A DNA stretch of 63,466 nt, counting the filler, from Octopus bimaculoides (Eukaryota), in the NCBI RefSeq assembly GCF_001194135.2. It is 6 parts of 6 records of this genome, joined end to end, with 100 filler letters (N's around TTAATTAATTAA, not from the genome) between each part and the next. Parts side by side here need not be neighbours in the genome. Positions count along the whole stretch, not along the records: positions 52,372 to 54,870 come from NC_068984.1; positions 54,971 to 63,466 come from NC_069005.1; 4 more parts are not named here. One strand, written 5' to 3'. Below the pieces are notes generated by a model, which was not told where the DNA came from, searched no databases, and saw only the letters and a list, made by a program, of their open reading frames with translations. The translations under genes and the position numbers were made by a program. Below, in pieces: positions 52,390 to 62,780 of this stretch. Each line of letters starts with the position of its first letter. Within the stretch, counting starts at the first letter, position 1.

Positions 52390-53125
52390 ATACATGCATA
52401 CATACATACATGGTGGTTGTCTACTCCTTATACAGAGTTTGACCACCTCCTATACCTACACCTTAGCATAATCACGGCGTCTGATGTGGCTTTTTAAACC
52501 AGACAATGTTCTGAAAAGACACCCACAAAGATTGCACCTCTGATTTGGACCTCCAACACCTGCAGGTAAATTCTGCCCTTTGTGGATCTTAACATGTCTT
52601 TTGAGGCCTTCATTGGATTTGCAAACCTCCTGGCATATATTGCATTCAAAGGTGTGCACAGATATATAGTCAGAATAGTTGGTGGAGGTTCGTTTTCCAT
52701 GCATTTGCAGATGAGATTTGAAGCTAGCCAAAGGCAGGCATGGTCTGTCAGAGACTGTGCACACAAAAAGGTCATTGTCATTCACCTTCTCGATCACTTT
52801 AGATCTCTTTTGAGTCTTACTTGTGTTATCCTGGCCACTTCAAATGCTTTTACTCCACTCCACACCTTTGTTCACCATCCAACTCAATTTAAAGCAAGGG
52901 TTTCTATATCTTCTGGAACCATTCCAAGTGACTCCATAATAGTCCTTATGCAGTCCTTAAACCTTTTTTTTTTTTAGGTTTATGCCGATAGTGTTTCCCT
53001 TCTTCAATCTCACTATAAAACAGCTGTTTCGGCATGTGTTCATCTGCCATTCGAATAATATGGCCACACCATCTCAGATATGTTACTACCATTTTTCCAG
53101 TCCTTCCATGCCTGTTTCTTTTCCC
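52390..53125 (-). mobile_element. 5'-truncated RTE-clade LINE 3' end with three C-terminal C2H2 zinc fingers and an (ATGT)n tail
   Basis: LRWCGHIIRMADEHMPKQLFYSEIEEGKH..HKPKK / RFKDCIRTIMESLG..IETLALN*VGW*TKV..GVKAFE is the RTE C-terminal signature. One frameshift in an A-run; the two TGA stops are likely CGA>TGA. Followed in frame by C-x2-C-x12-H-x3-H units. Confidence 0.88.
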
Positions 53126-53264
53126 TAATGGCCCTGTCAACTACATTGGTTCAGAGGAGTTGAGAGGAGACTTTGAGAGGAGTTGAGAGGAGACTTTGCA
53201 CCATCCACAGATCTAGTCAGTATCCCTCAACAGGTTAAAAGCAACTCCAATAATTATAATAATC

Positions 53265-53480
53265 ATGGTTTCAAATTTTGGCACAAGGCCAGGAATTTTG
53301 AGGGAGGGTGCAAGTTGACTACTTGGACCCTCAGTGTTCAACTGGTACTTATTTATCGACCCCAAAAGGAAGAAAGAAAATTTTAACCTCAACGGAATTT
53401 GAATTCAGAATGTGAAGATGGATGAAATACCTCTAAGCTTTTTGTCCACTGTGCTAACAATTCTACCCACTTGCTGCCTT
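53265..53480 (-). mobile_element. SINE family B, full length
   Basis: TTTCAAATTTTGGCACAAGGCCAG.AATTT..CAGTGTTCAACTGGTACTTATTTATCGACCCC.AAAGGA..GAATTTGAA.TCAGAA..GCTGCCTTAATAAT. Confidence 0.82.
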
Positions 53481-53495
53481 AATAATAACAATAAC

Positions 53496-53527
<32 letters not shown>

Positions 53528-53555
53528 TAATAATAATAATAACAATAATAATAAT

Positions 53556-53864
53556 ATGGGGAGTATCATAGCCGTGTGTTCAGAGAAATTGTTTCAGGTT
53601 TGGATAATTCACCTTTGGAAATATGGGTGTTTTGTTCATCATCCTTAAAACAAACATTATTCAGGGATATTTTGAGCAGGATGGGCTATTCACCCTGAAG
53701 AAAATTCTAAATTGGTCCCACCTGCAAGGTCATGCACTGTCTATCTTGATATGAGATTGCTATGTCATGCACATATGGTTGTGATGCGGTTGTGATGCAT
53801 GTCCCTGGTGTACCCTTATCAGACGGGTAGTCATGACGGGTATACTGAGCTTTGTATAAGCAGA
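53556..53864 (+). mobile_element. Interspersed repeat family E, second copy
   Basis: Reverse-complement homologue of 9970-10260; flanked by (AAT)n and (GAT)n. Confidence 0.7.
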
Positions 53865-53871
53865 GATAATA

Positions 53872-53908
<37 letters not shown>

Positions 53909-54279
53909 GGATGATGATGATAACAGTTCTTTGATTTAGGCATGTGACTAGTGGAGGGGTTGTTCAAATCTATTGGTCTCAGAACATGACTGATACCATA
54001 ATTTATCCATTGTGAAAGATGAAATGAAAACAGCAGCAAGATTTGAGGTTAGAAGGTAAAGAACCTGAAGAAAGCCTTTAATAATTTTAATACCGACGCT
54101 ATTATTGCCATATATATGATAGGAGAAAGGGTATTATAAGAGCAGTTTTAAAAATGGTTCATGTTTTTGTAGAAATAATGAAGAAGGAACAGACATGTTA
54201 AGATGAATCGGAAGAAAACAGAATTGAGAATTTTAATTTTGAAATATCATTGGCTATAAAGAACAGAATGGTGATGGTA

Positions 54280-54300
54280 GAAGAAGAAGGAGAAGGAGAA

Positions 54301-54335
<35 letters not shown>

Positions 54336-54570
54336 GGAGGAAGAAGAAGAAGAGGAAGAAGAAGGGGAAGTGGAAGAAAAGGAAGAGGAAGAAGAAGAAG
54401 TGGAAGTGGAAGAAGAGGAAAAAGAACAGGAAGAAGAAGAGGAAGAAGAAGAGGAAGTGGAAGAGGAAGAAGAAGAAGAGGAAGATGAAGTGGAAGTGGA
54501 AGAAGAAGAAGAGGAAGCAGAGGAAGAAGAAGAAGAAGAAGAAGAAGAAGAAGAAGAAGAAGAAGAAAGG
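54280..54570. repeat. Purine-rich (GAA/GAG)n array
   Basis: Directly visible; source of the poly-E pseudo-ORF. Confidence 0.95.
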
Positions 54571-54832
54571 TAAAGGCTATTATAGAGAGGAAAATAGCAA
54601 AGAGATAGCAGAAAAACAGGGAGATAATGGAGACATAAAGTGAGGGTTATAGAAGAAAGAAAAAAGTTAAAAAATTAAAAGACAGATGAGTGAAAGAAGA
54701 AGAAATGAGATGATATGAAGATGCTTTGATAGTTTGTATTTAGATTCTATGTTCTACAGAAAAATGATAGATTCATGTCGTGAAAAAATGCAATGTTCAT
54801 GCACTCACACATATATATTACATATACGTGCT

Positions 54833-54870
<38 letters not shown>

Positions 54871-54970
54871 NNNNNNNNNNNNNNNNNNNNNNNNNNNNNN
54901 NNNNNNNNNNNNNNTTAATTAATTAANNNNNNNNNNNNNNNNNNNNNNNNNNNNNNNNNNNNNNNNNNNN

Positions 54971-55021
<51 letters not shown>

Positions 55022-55571
55022 AGAGCGAAAGAAGGAGAGAGACAGACAGACAGACAGAGAGAATGTGTCGGGATCATCGGTTCCACATGCTGCAATATAT
55101 ATTAGGAGTAGAATTTGTATATATATATATATAAACATACATGTATATATATTGTATATACATGCACAAACACACACACACACACACGGAAGACTTTACG
55201 AATCTGTATGAAGATAAAAATATTCATTCCCTAAAATTTGTGAAGTGAAACACAAATTCATAAATTTCTCATGGCTGTTCCCGTAGCTCACGACTGCGTT
55301 AAATTTGATCAGTCATCGACTTAAAACCATTTGGTGGTGCATGTGTAACTTTGGCATTACTAATGCAATAACTTTATTAACCAGTATAAAAAATAACAAC
55401 AACATATATGAATGAATACTATTGTAGACATGTATTTGTTAATGTTTATACAAAAAATTTTTGTAACAAAATGTGAACGTAATAAGAACAAAATCACATG
55501 TGTAAACGTTGTTTCATGTTTTGCGGCTCGCAAATATAATACATACATACATACATACATACATACATACA

Positions 55572-55589
<18 letters not shown>

Positions 55590-55602
<13 letters not shown>

Positions 55603-55900
55603 TCTGTTGTGGAAATCAGCTGCCTTCTGGACACCAATGTGGTTAGAAAAATACAAGAGAAAGAGGACATCTATGAATCATTGATAAGGAGTCTGCAAAT
55701 CTGGTACTCAAGGTACACTTTCAGCTTCATACCTAATATTATAGGAGCAACAGGATACACACCAACCCGCCTGGAGTTGAGTATAGCCGAACTTGAGCTC
55801 TTGCGGAGAGAACGCGAATCCTTAATTCTTATGCTACAAATGATCGCGATATCCGGACTATAAATATCGAAGCCAAAAATCGAACCCAATAATTGTTTGC
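55590..55900 (+). mobile_element. RLE-type non-LTR retrotransposon 3' fragment (second family)
   Basis: VVEISCLLDTNVVRKIQEKEDIYESLIRSLQIWYSRYTFSFIPNIIGATG..LQMIAISG shows the RLE E.SC..D...K..EK..Y and P.IIGA.G motifs. Homologous to 36740-37030; starts at the end of a (TACA)n array. Confidence 0.65.
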
Positions 55901-56233
55901 AATTGGTTTTGTGAATAAATGCCTAATTGATGATTTGGCTAAGATGGGGTTTTCAGAAAAGGTAGACAACCGGCTAGCACGGACATTACGAATACAATCT
56001 GAAGGTAGAACGGTGTAGATGTGCAAGACATTTCCCACGTTCAAAATGTGTATTTGGTTTTGTTATCTACATCCTATTGACGGAGTTTTGTATCTTTGTT
56101 GGAAGCCAGCTCCTTCCCCAGAGAAGAATTCAAATAATTATAAAACATTCAACCATCTATCCATCCATCCATCCAAGTAGGGTCATTCGAACATTTGGCT
56201 GGTGCATGTCTCTGTAACTATCATTTATTTACT

Positions 56234-56450
56234 AAGGCGGCCAACTGGCATTTCGTCCATCGTTAATACGCTGGACGAAATGCTTAGCGGTATTTCACCC
56301 ACCGCTACGTTCTGAGTTGAAATTCCGCCGAGGTCGACTTTGCCTTTCATCCTTTCGCGGTCGATTAAATTAAGTACCAGTGAACCACTGGGGTCGACAA
56401 TCACCCTTCCTACAAAATCCAGGCCTTGTGCTTATTAGTAGAAACGAATC
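56234..56450 (+). mobile_element. SINE family B, full length
   Basis: AAGGCGG..A.CTGGCA..GGACGAAATGCTTAGCGGTATTTC..TACGTTCTGAGTT.AAATTCCGCCGAGGTCGACTTTGCCTTTCATCCTTTCG.GGTCGAT.AAATTAAGTACCAGT. Confidence 0.88.
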
Positions 56451-56477
56451 ATTATTTATTTACTGTCTTCTTCATCC

Positions 56478-56872
56478 AAACACATTATCATCTCTCGGTG
56501 AAATACATTATCAAATTTTCATTTAAATTGATTATCTCCTGTCGATGAAACACACTTATCGGTAAAATACATAATCACACACTATCATACCTCATTTAAA
56601 TAGCACATTATAATCCAGTTTAGACACATTATCGCTTGTCGAAAACGTTATCTTTCGATTAAAAATTACATTATCACTGCTCAATCAAACACATAATCAG
56701 GTTTTAGGTAAAAATATCACATCTCAGCCAACATTATTACATCTTAGTCAATACATCAACATAATTTAGTTAAATACATTATAATCTTCCATATAAATAC
56801 ATTATCACATGTCAGTCAAACACATTGACGGTTTTCAGTCAAATACATTATCAATTCTAATGTGAAACATAT
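56478..56872. repeat. Degenerate minisatellite, unit ~20-26 bp, core AAA(C/T)ACATTATCA
   Basis: About 15 variant cores (acacattatca, atacattatca, acacattatcg, acacataatca, atacattataa...) separated by divergent spacers. Confidence 0.75.
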
Positions 56873-58167
56873 TCAGCTTTCAGTGGCAGCTCTGTACAGT
56901 ACTCGAACCCACATCTGCTGGCTTCATTTGTGCGTTAAACAATCAGTCCATTGGAAGCGGGTTAGATGTTGAGTATGTTATTGTTTTTTTTTTATTCAGT
57001 GAGTACCTCTAAATAAAACAGTAGGTATATTTGTACTCCTCAACTGATATGCTTATTTCACGTAATGAATTAAGTATCTTTTGGTATCTTTCGGTAGAAG
57101 CCTATGACGTCATGAATGATCGTGTGACATTGTCTTTCATATATGCTCGACAAAGCTGAGCAGTCGAACACACACTCGAACATACACTCACGACTGACAT
57201 CATATACTAATAACGAAACATTACAGGGTTTTTTTTCTTTAAATAAGCAAATTTTGTTTTTCTTGTAATTCATTTTTATCTAAAGAAATTTTTCTAGTTA
57301 TAATGTAAATATTTCATTTTTTTTTTAACCTGTATGGCAATTTTGTATTCATAATTTAAACTCTTCATTTTTCTAACATATACACAGGTTTGGACGCACA
57401 ATTTTCACATGTTTATAAAAAAATTCACAGTGTTTTGTTAATCCTAATTCAATTTCTTTCTTTACAACATTTATGGAGTCTCTCTCATCTCACTTCAAGA
57501 TCTCCTAACACAAACAACGATCCTCTTCAAACCTAGATACTCGGTTGTTTTCAAAGTTCACATAAAGAGACAAGTCATTGATTTCATTATCCAAATAATG
57601 ACCATCAAGCTATAATATCTTTAATATCAAAATATACAAAGATATTTCATTGGGGTCCCTCTTTTTTTTGGACTCGTTGATTCGATTAGTTTTTGACTCA
57701 TGCAGACTACGATAGAGTACGTTTTATCGACATTTGCTTATTTTTGCTGTTATTCACTTTAGCATTCTTTTATCCATAACAACATCAAACAGAACGCGTC
57801 TTACTAGAGTACAAATTTTTGTACTCCTTCACGTACTCACAACGAGTTCTCAATAAAGTTCAGAACGTGTCATACTTCTTTATTTATTTGTGCCCATTTA
57901 CCGAGCAGGTTTTATTCAGTAATATATCTATTACTCTCCACCGAACAATAGACATATTTTCGTTTCTCACATAGAGATACTCACGTTGTATTTTACATAC
58001 GTGAGTGATTCGACGATTTTGTTTTTAATTTTATACTTTGTTGCTCTTTACTTTTTGACGGTGAAGTTTTTGGTGTAGGTAGTGAGGGGTGGTGAGAGTG
58101 GCCAAGTTATTTATTTATCCATTTTATGATTATTATTATTTTAAAAAAAAATTTTTTTTTAATAATT

Positions 58168-59265
58168 TTACTCATACACAGAATCTGTTATACTCATGCT
58201 TATAGGTTTGTGTACTTGGCCCGCAGACAAAGAGTAGACGTGGGCCTTCGTCCGTGGTTCCTCCATCAACTTCTCCTGCATCCTTCCTATCACGAGAACA
58301 ATCGCCTCACGAAACTTGCTGTTGCAATAACCGTAGATGAACGGATTGAGGGAGTTACCCAGAAAATAGGAGCGTAAACCGAGATTAAATATGATTTCCA
58401 TCATGGGACTATGTGGTTTGAAACCTGCCAAGGCTCTCGAAATTTGTATGACCAGGCAGGGCATGAAACTCACTATGAAAAGTACAGTGACCATGAAGAA
58501 TGTTTTCGTTGTCTTTTCGGACTTCACCTTCCGGTCTTTCTCTCGATTTAGATCGGCCATTGTTCTCACAACTGTTCGTCCGTCGAGGTTTTGCCGTCCC
58601 AAGCGTGTCCTCACCGCCAGACCGATCATCGTGTAAGCGACAACCAGTATTATTAAACAAACTATAATGATGACGGCCAGGTACATGAAATAAATGAGTG
58701 GCCATTTCGATGTCTTGTATTTGTCACGTATGGCACAGTCGGTACCGTTGATGTAAGGCACATCCGTCGATTCCGTATCAATCCCCGCCAGTTCGATGAT
58801 CGGACTGACCAGCACAGCCGACATCGTGACCGTTAGAACGATCATCATCTTCGCCCAACCCGACCGTATTTGTTCCTTCCCCAAGCACACCCTCTGGTAA
58901 CGATCCATGGCAATAATGACCAGTGTTAGGGTAGAGGCACCCGTCGAAAAAAACGAGGTGAAACGCAGAATTTTGCAGCCGAGTTCCCAGTTGAACATCA
59001 ACGGTAGTTGATCATCGGCGATCTCCGTCGGCATTCCAACCAGGCAGTTGAGCAGATCGAACGTGGACAGAGCTAAGATAAAAGAATTGGTCGATGTAGA
59101 CTTGAACTTGCGACTGTACACATATATCACCAACGAGTTACCAACAATGCCAAAAATCATAAGGAACGACATTGTTATCGTGGATGGAACGGCGAAGCGG
59201 GCTTTTTTAGCATTCAGCTCCTCCAAAGTGTAAATATGCGTGTCGTTAGGGTGGAGTAGAATCAT
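58168..59265 (-). CDS. Intronless rhodopsin-like (class A) GPCR, 365 aa; orphan, peptide-receptor-like, resembling a family expanded in molluscs
   Basis: Uninterrupted ORF with seven hydrophobic segments and class A motifs: TM1 GN (GIVGNSLV), TM2 N..ILALSTFD, Cys3.25 (LGCK), TM3 MDRY, ECL2 Cys (TDC), TM5 Tyr, TM6 SFMP, TM7 NPFIY, helix 8 NSKFR. N-glycosylation sequons NDT (N-terminus) and NGT (ECL2). The frame is closed upstream by TAG at 59347-59349 with no earlier ATG. Confidence 0.95.
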   Translation of the reverse strand: MILLHPNDTHIYTLEELNAKKARFAVPSTITMSFLMIFGIVGNSLVIYVYSRKFKSTSTNSFILALSTFDLLNCLVGMPTEIADDQLPLMFNWELGCKILRFTSFFSTGASTLTLVIIAMDRYQRVCLGKEQIRSGWAKMMIVLTVTMSAVLVSPIIELAGIDTESTDVPYINGTDCAIRDKYKTSKWPLIYFMYLAVIIIVCLIILVVAYTMIGLAVRTRLGRQNLDGRTVVRTMADLNREKDRKVKSEKTTKTFFMVTVLFIVSFMPCLVIQISRALAGFKPHSPMMEIIFNLGLRSYFLGNSLNPFIYGYCNSKFREAIVLVIGRMQEKLMEEPRTKAHVYSLSAGQVHKPISMSITDSVYE

Positions 59266-59472
59266 TTTCAGGCCGTTGTTGATGCTATTATTATTGTTGT
59301 TGTTGTTGTTGTTATTCTTATTCTTATTATTATTAGTTGCTGTTTGCTATTATTGTTGGCATTTTCGGTGTTGTTGCATTTCTTGATTATAAGATTATTT
59401 ATACTACTATTGTTGCTGTAGTTATTGTTACTAACGTCGTTATTGTAACAGATGTTGTTGTTGTTGTTGTTG

Positions 59473-59528
<56 letters not shown>

Positions 59529-59849
59529 GCTGTTGTTACTGTTAATTATGCAATTTTTAAAGATCCAAGTTGACTAAGATAGAAATGCATATGTATATAT
59601 GTGAGTGTGTGTGTGCAATTACTACGGTGCAGTACCGGAGTGAGGTGTGTGTGTGTGTGTGTGTAAGTGTGTGTGGGATAAGGTTTTAAGTATTTCAAAA
59701 ACTAAATCAAAGAATAGACCGAAGCATTATTGATTGGAAATAATCTGTCGCAGTGGTAGTCGTAGTTTTTGCTTTTCTCGTTTTCATAATTTGTACTGGT
59801 TGATGTTGTCTTCGTTGTATTGAATACATTCTGCTGCTACTACTTCTAC

Positions 59850-59850
<1 letters not shown>

Positions 59851-59906
<56 letters not shown>
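59851..59906. repeat. Pure (CTG)n tract, ~18 units
   Basis: Directly visible, ~590 bp upstream of the GPCR ATG. Confidence 0.97.
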
Positions 59907-59908
<2 letters not shown>

Positions 59909-60559
59909 CTGTTGTTGTTANNNNNNNNNNNNNNNNNNNNNNNNNNNNNNNNNNNNNNNNNNNNNNNNNNNNNNNNNNNNNNNNNNNNNNNNNNNNNNNN
60001 NNNNNNNNNNNNNNNNNNNNNNNNNNNNNNNNNNNNNNNNNNNNNNNNNNNNNNNNNNNNNNNNNNNNNNNNNNNNNNNNNNNNNNNNNNNNNNNNNNNN
60101 NNNNNNNNNNNNNNNNNNNNNNNNNNNNNNNNNNNNNNNNNNNNNNNNNNNNNNNNNNNNNNNNNNNNNNNNNNNNNNNNNNNNNNNNNNNNNNNNNNNN
60201 NNNNNNNNNNNNNNNNNNNNNNNNNNNNNNNNNNNNNNNNNNNNNNNNNNNNNNNNNNNNNNNNNNNNNNNNNNNNNNNNNNNNNNNNNNNNNNNNNNNN
60301 NNNNNNNNNNNNNNNNNNNNNNNNNNNNNNNNNNNNNNNNNNNNNNNNNNNNNNNNNNNNNNNNNNNNNNNNNNNNNNNNNNNNNNNNNNNNNNNNNNNN
60401 NNNNNNNNNNNNNNNNNNNNNNNNNNNNNNNNNNNNNNNNNNNNNNNNNNNNNNNNNNNNNNNNNNNNNNNNNNNNNNNNNNNNNNNNNNNNNNNNNNNN
60501 NNNNNNNNNNNNNNNNNNNNNNNNNNNNNNNNNNNNNNNNNNNNATAATAATAATACTG

Positions 60560-60775
60560 TCTACTGGAAGCACAAGGCCTCAAATTTAGGGGAAGGGATT
60601 AAGTCGATTACATTGACCCCAGGGCGTAACTGGTACTTAATCGACTGATACTTAATCGACCCCGAAAGGATGAAAAGCAAAATCGACCTCAGCGAAATTT
60701 GAAACCGGAACGTAAGGACGGACGAAATGCCGCTAAGCATTTTGTCCGGCGTGCTAACGATTCTGCCAGCTCGTC
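60560..60775 (-). mobile_element. SINE family B, full length
   Basis: CACAAGGCCT.AAATTT..AAGTCGATTACAT.GACCCCAG..ATCGACCCCGAAAGGATGAAA.GCAAA.TCGACCTC..GGACGAAATGCCGCTAAGCATTTTGTCCGGCGTGCTAACGATTCTGCCAGCTCG. Confidence 0.9.
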
Positions 60776-60827
<52 letters not shown>

Positions 60828-60859
60828 ATAATAATAATAATTATTATTATTATTATAAT

Positions 60860-61315
60860 AGGGAAAGAAAATACCTGTAGACTAATAGATGTAAGCGTTC
60901 CCATTGATAGAAATATATCTGTAAAGGAATTTGAAAACCTTAGTAAATATAAGGACAAGGAAATTGAAATACAAAGGATGTGGCATCTTAAAGCAAAATC
61001 TGTTCCTGTTGTTGAAGGTACCCTGGTATGATAAAAAAGGGATGTCAGAAACATGTAGACAACATCCCAGGAGAACCATATCTCAAAGACTTCCAAAAGA
61101 CTGTGCTGACAAGTACTGCCCACATACTCGGAAAAACCCTATCAGTTTAAATGTCTGTGTTGTATTACATGGAGGTATGTACTATATTTCTGTACTGCCC
61201 TCCTCATTTCCCCTCCCCAAACTTTCAGGTATATTTCAGCATCTCTTAACTTACTTCACATAGGGCGCTGGGTGGGTCCCGGCAAGTGCATGCATCAAAC
61301 ATGCAGATTAAAAGA
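60860..61315 (+). mobile_element. 5'-truncated R4/Dong-like LINE 3' end (RLE C-terminus and 3' UTR)
   Basis: KENTCRLIDVSVPIDRNISVKEFENLSKYKDKEIEIQRMWHLKAKSVPVVEGTL / MIKKGCQKHVDNIPG..FQKTVLTSTAHILGKTLSV*; same pattern as 10510-10790; begins at a (TAA)(TTA) array. Confidence 0.82.
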
Positions 61316-61799
61316 AAAACAAAACAAAAAAAATAATGGTTTAAAATTTTCGCACAAGGCCAGCAATTTCGGGGGAACTTAGGGTGTTAAAAGTATGTGG
61401 TTCGGGTGTTTGAATGTTTGAGAATCATGCGTTTATGTGAACCGGAAGTTCGTGTATGAGAATATAATTTTCAATATGTCTGACGAAGAATATATCAGCG
61501 AAAAGCCAAAAAACCCAGACGTCCTGTCTAAGCTAGAATAAATGCCCCCTGGCACAAAAAAAAATAATAAATAAATAAATGCAAAATTGGGTCGGGTGTA
61601 ATTTGAACGCGGTACTTAGCCTTGAGGTATAAACTAAACGCCACAAATCGATTTTAATTTGCTATTCACATCTCACGACTTTTGCCGCAAGACGACCTTT
61701 TAAATTAATCCCGTATTAAAACCTCTAGCCTTCAACTACAAATAATTTAGGTGTGTCTGCACGCGCGTGTATGTGTGCTTGTATGAGTTGTGCGTATGC

Positions 61800-61843
<44 letters not shown>

Positions 61844-62252
61844 TTGCTGTTAGGAATGTTTATGTCACAATGAAATACTGGAGATTACAGGCAGAATGCT
61901 GTTTTAAAGATGCATAAACGTACACAGAGACGCGCACACCTTACAAACATACACACATGCACACATACATGTATGCATGCATGCATGCATACATGCATAC
62001 AAACATGAATACATACATATATGCATGTATATATATATATATATACATACATGCATAGATATACACGTACATACATAGATACATACATACAAGCATGCAT
62101 ACATACATGCGTAGATAAATACACGCGTAGATACATACATGTGCATTCTCTCTCTCTCTCTCTCTCTCTCGCACTTACACACACGCACACACACACACAA
62201 ATGTACACGCTTGACCTCACTTCGGTATGACAGTATTTCAATACCTGAAAAC

Positions 62253-62254
<2 letters not shown>

Positions 62255-62350
<96 letters not shown>

Positions 62351-62370
62351 TGATGATGATGATGATGATA
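62255..62370. repeat. Juxtaposed (TAG)n(TAA)n(TGA)n microsatellite
   Basis: Directly visible. Confidence 0.97.
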
Positions 62371-62589
62371 ATTTAGTTTATTTTAATAGTTATCACACTT
62401 CGCTAGAATCAACCTGTTTAATACCAGAACAGCCTTCACATGGATTAACGAGATAAATTTTTTGGTGCATTTTGTGGTTTAAATAATCCGTGGTCGTCTG
62501 TTTATTATGCACACAAATGTGCACGCTAGACACAAGGTCGAGCGTGTATTTTTGTGTGCATGCGTCCGAGTGTGTATACATGTATCTAC

Positions 62590-62780
62590 GGAGGCGCAAT
62601 GGCCCAGTGGTTAGGGCAGCGGNNNNNNNNNNNNNNNNNNNNNNNNNNNNNNNNNNNNNNNNNNNNNNNNNNNNNNNNNNNNNNNNNNNNNNNNNNNNNN
62701 NNNNNNNNNNNNNNNNNNNNNNGTGCTCCAGCATGGCCGCAGTCGAATGACTGAAACAAGTAAAAGAGTATAAAAGAGTA
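62590..62780 (+). mobile_element. SINE family C head (62590-62622) and family A 3' end (62723-62780) on either side of a gap
   Basis: GAGGCGCAATGGCCCAGTGGTTAGGGCAGCGG; GTGCTCCAGCATGGCCGCAGTC.AATGACTGAAACAAGTAAAAGAGTA. Confidence 0.75.

Noticed and set aside
54250-54573. Poly-Glu 107-aa ORF resembling an acidic protein
   Set aside because: Degenerate (GAA)n microsatellite with no flanking coding context or splice support.
58126-59233. Short overlapping ORFs at 58126, 58391, 58409 and 59048
   Set aside because: Antisense or alternate-frame shadows of the GPCR.
61472-61510. CTGACGA...GCGAAA hammerhead-like spacing
   Set aside because: No clean stem II adjoining GAAA and no stem III or cleavage triplet; probably chance.
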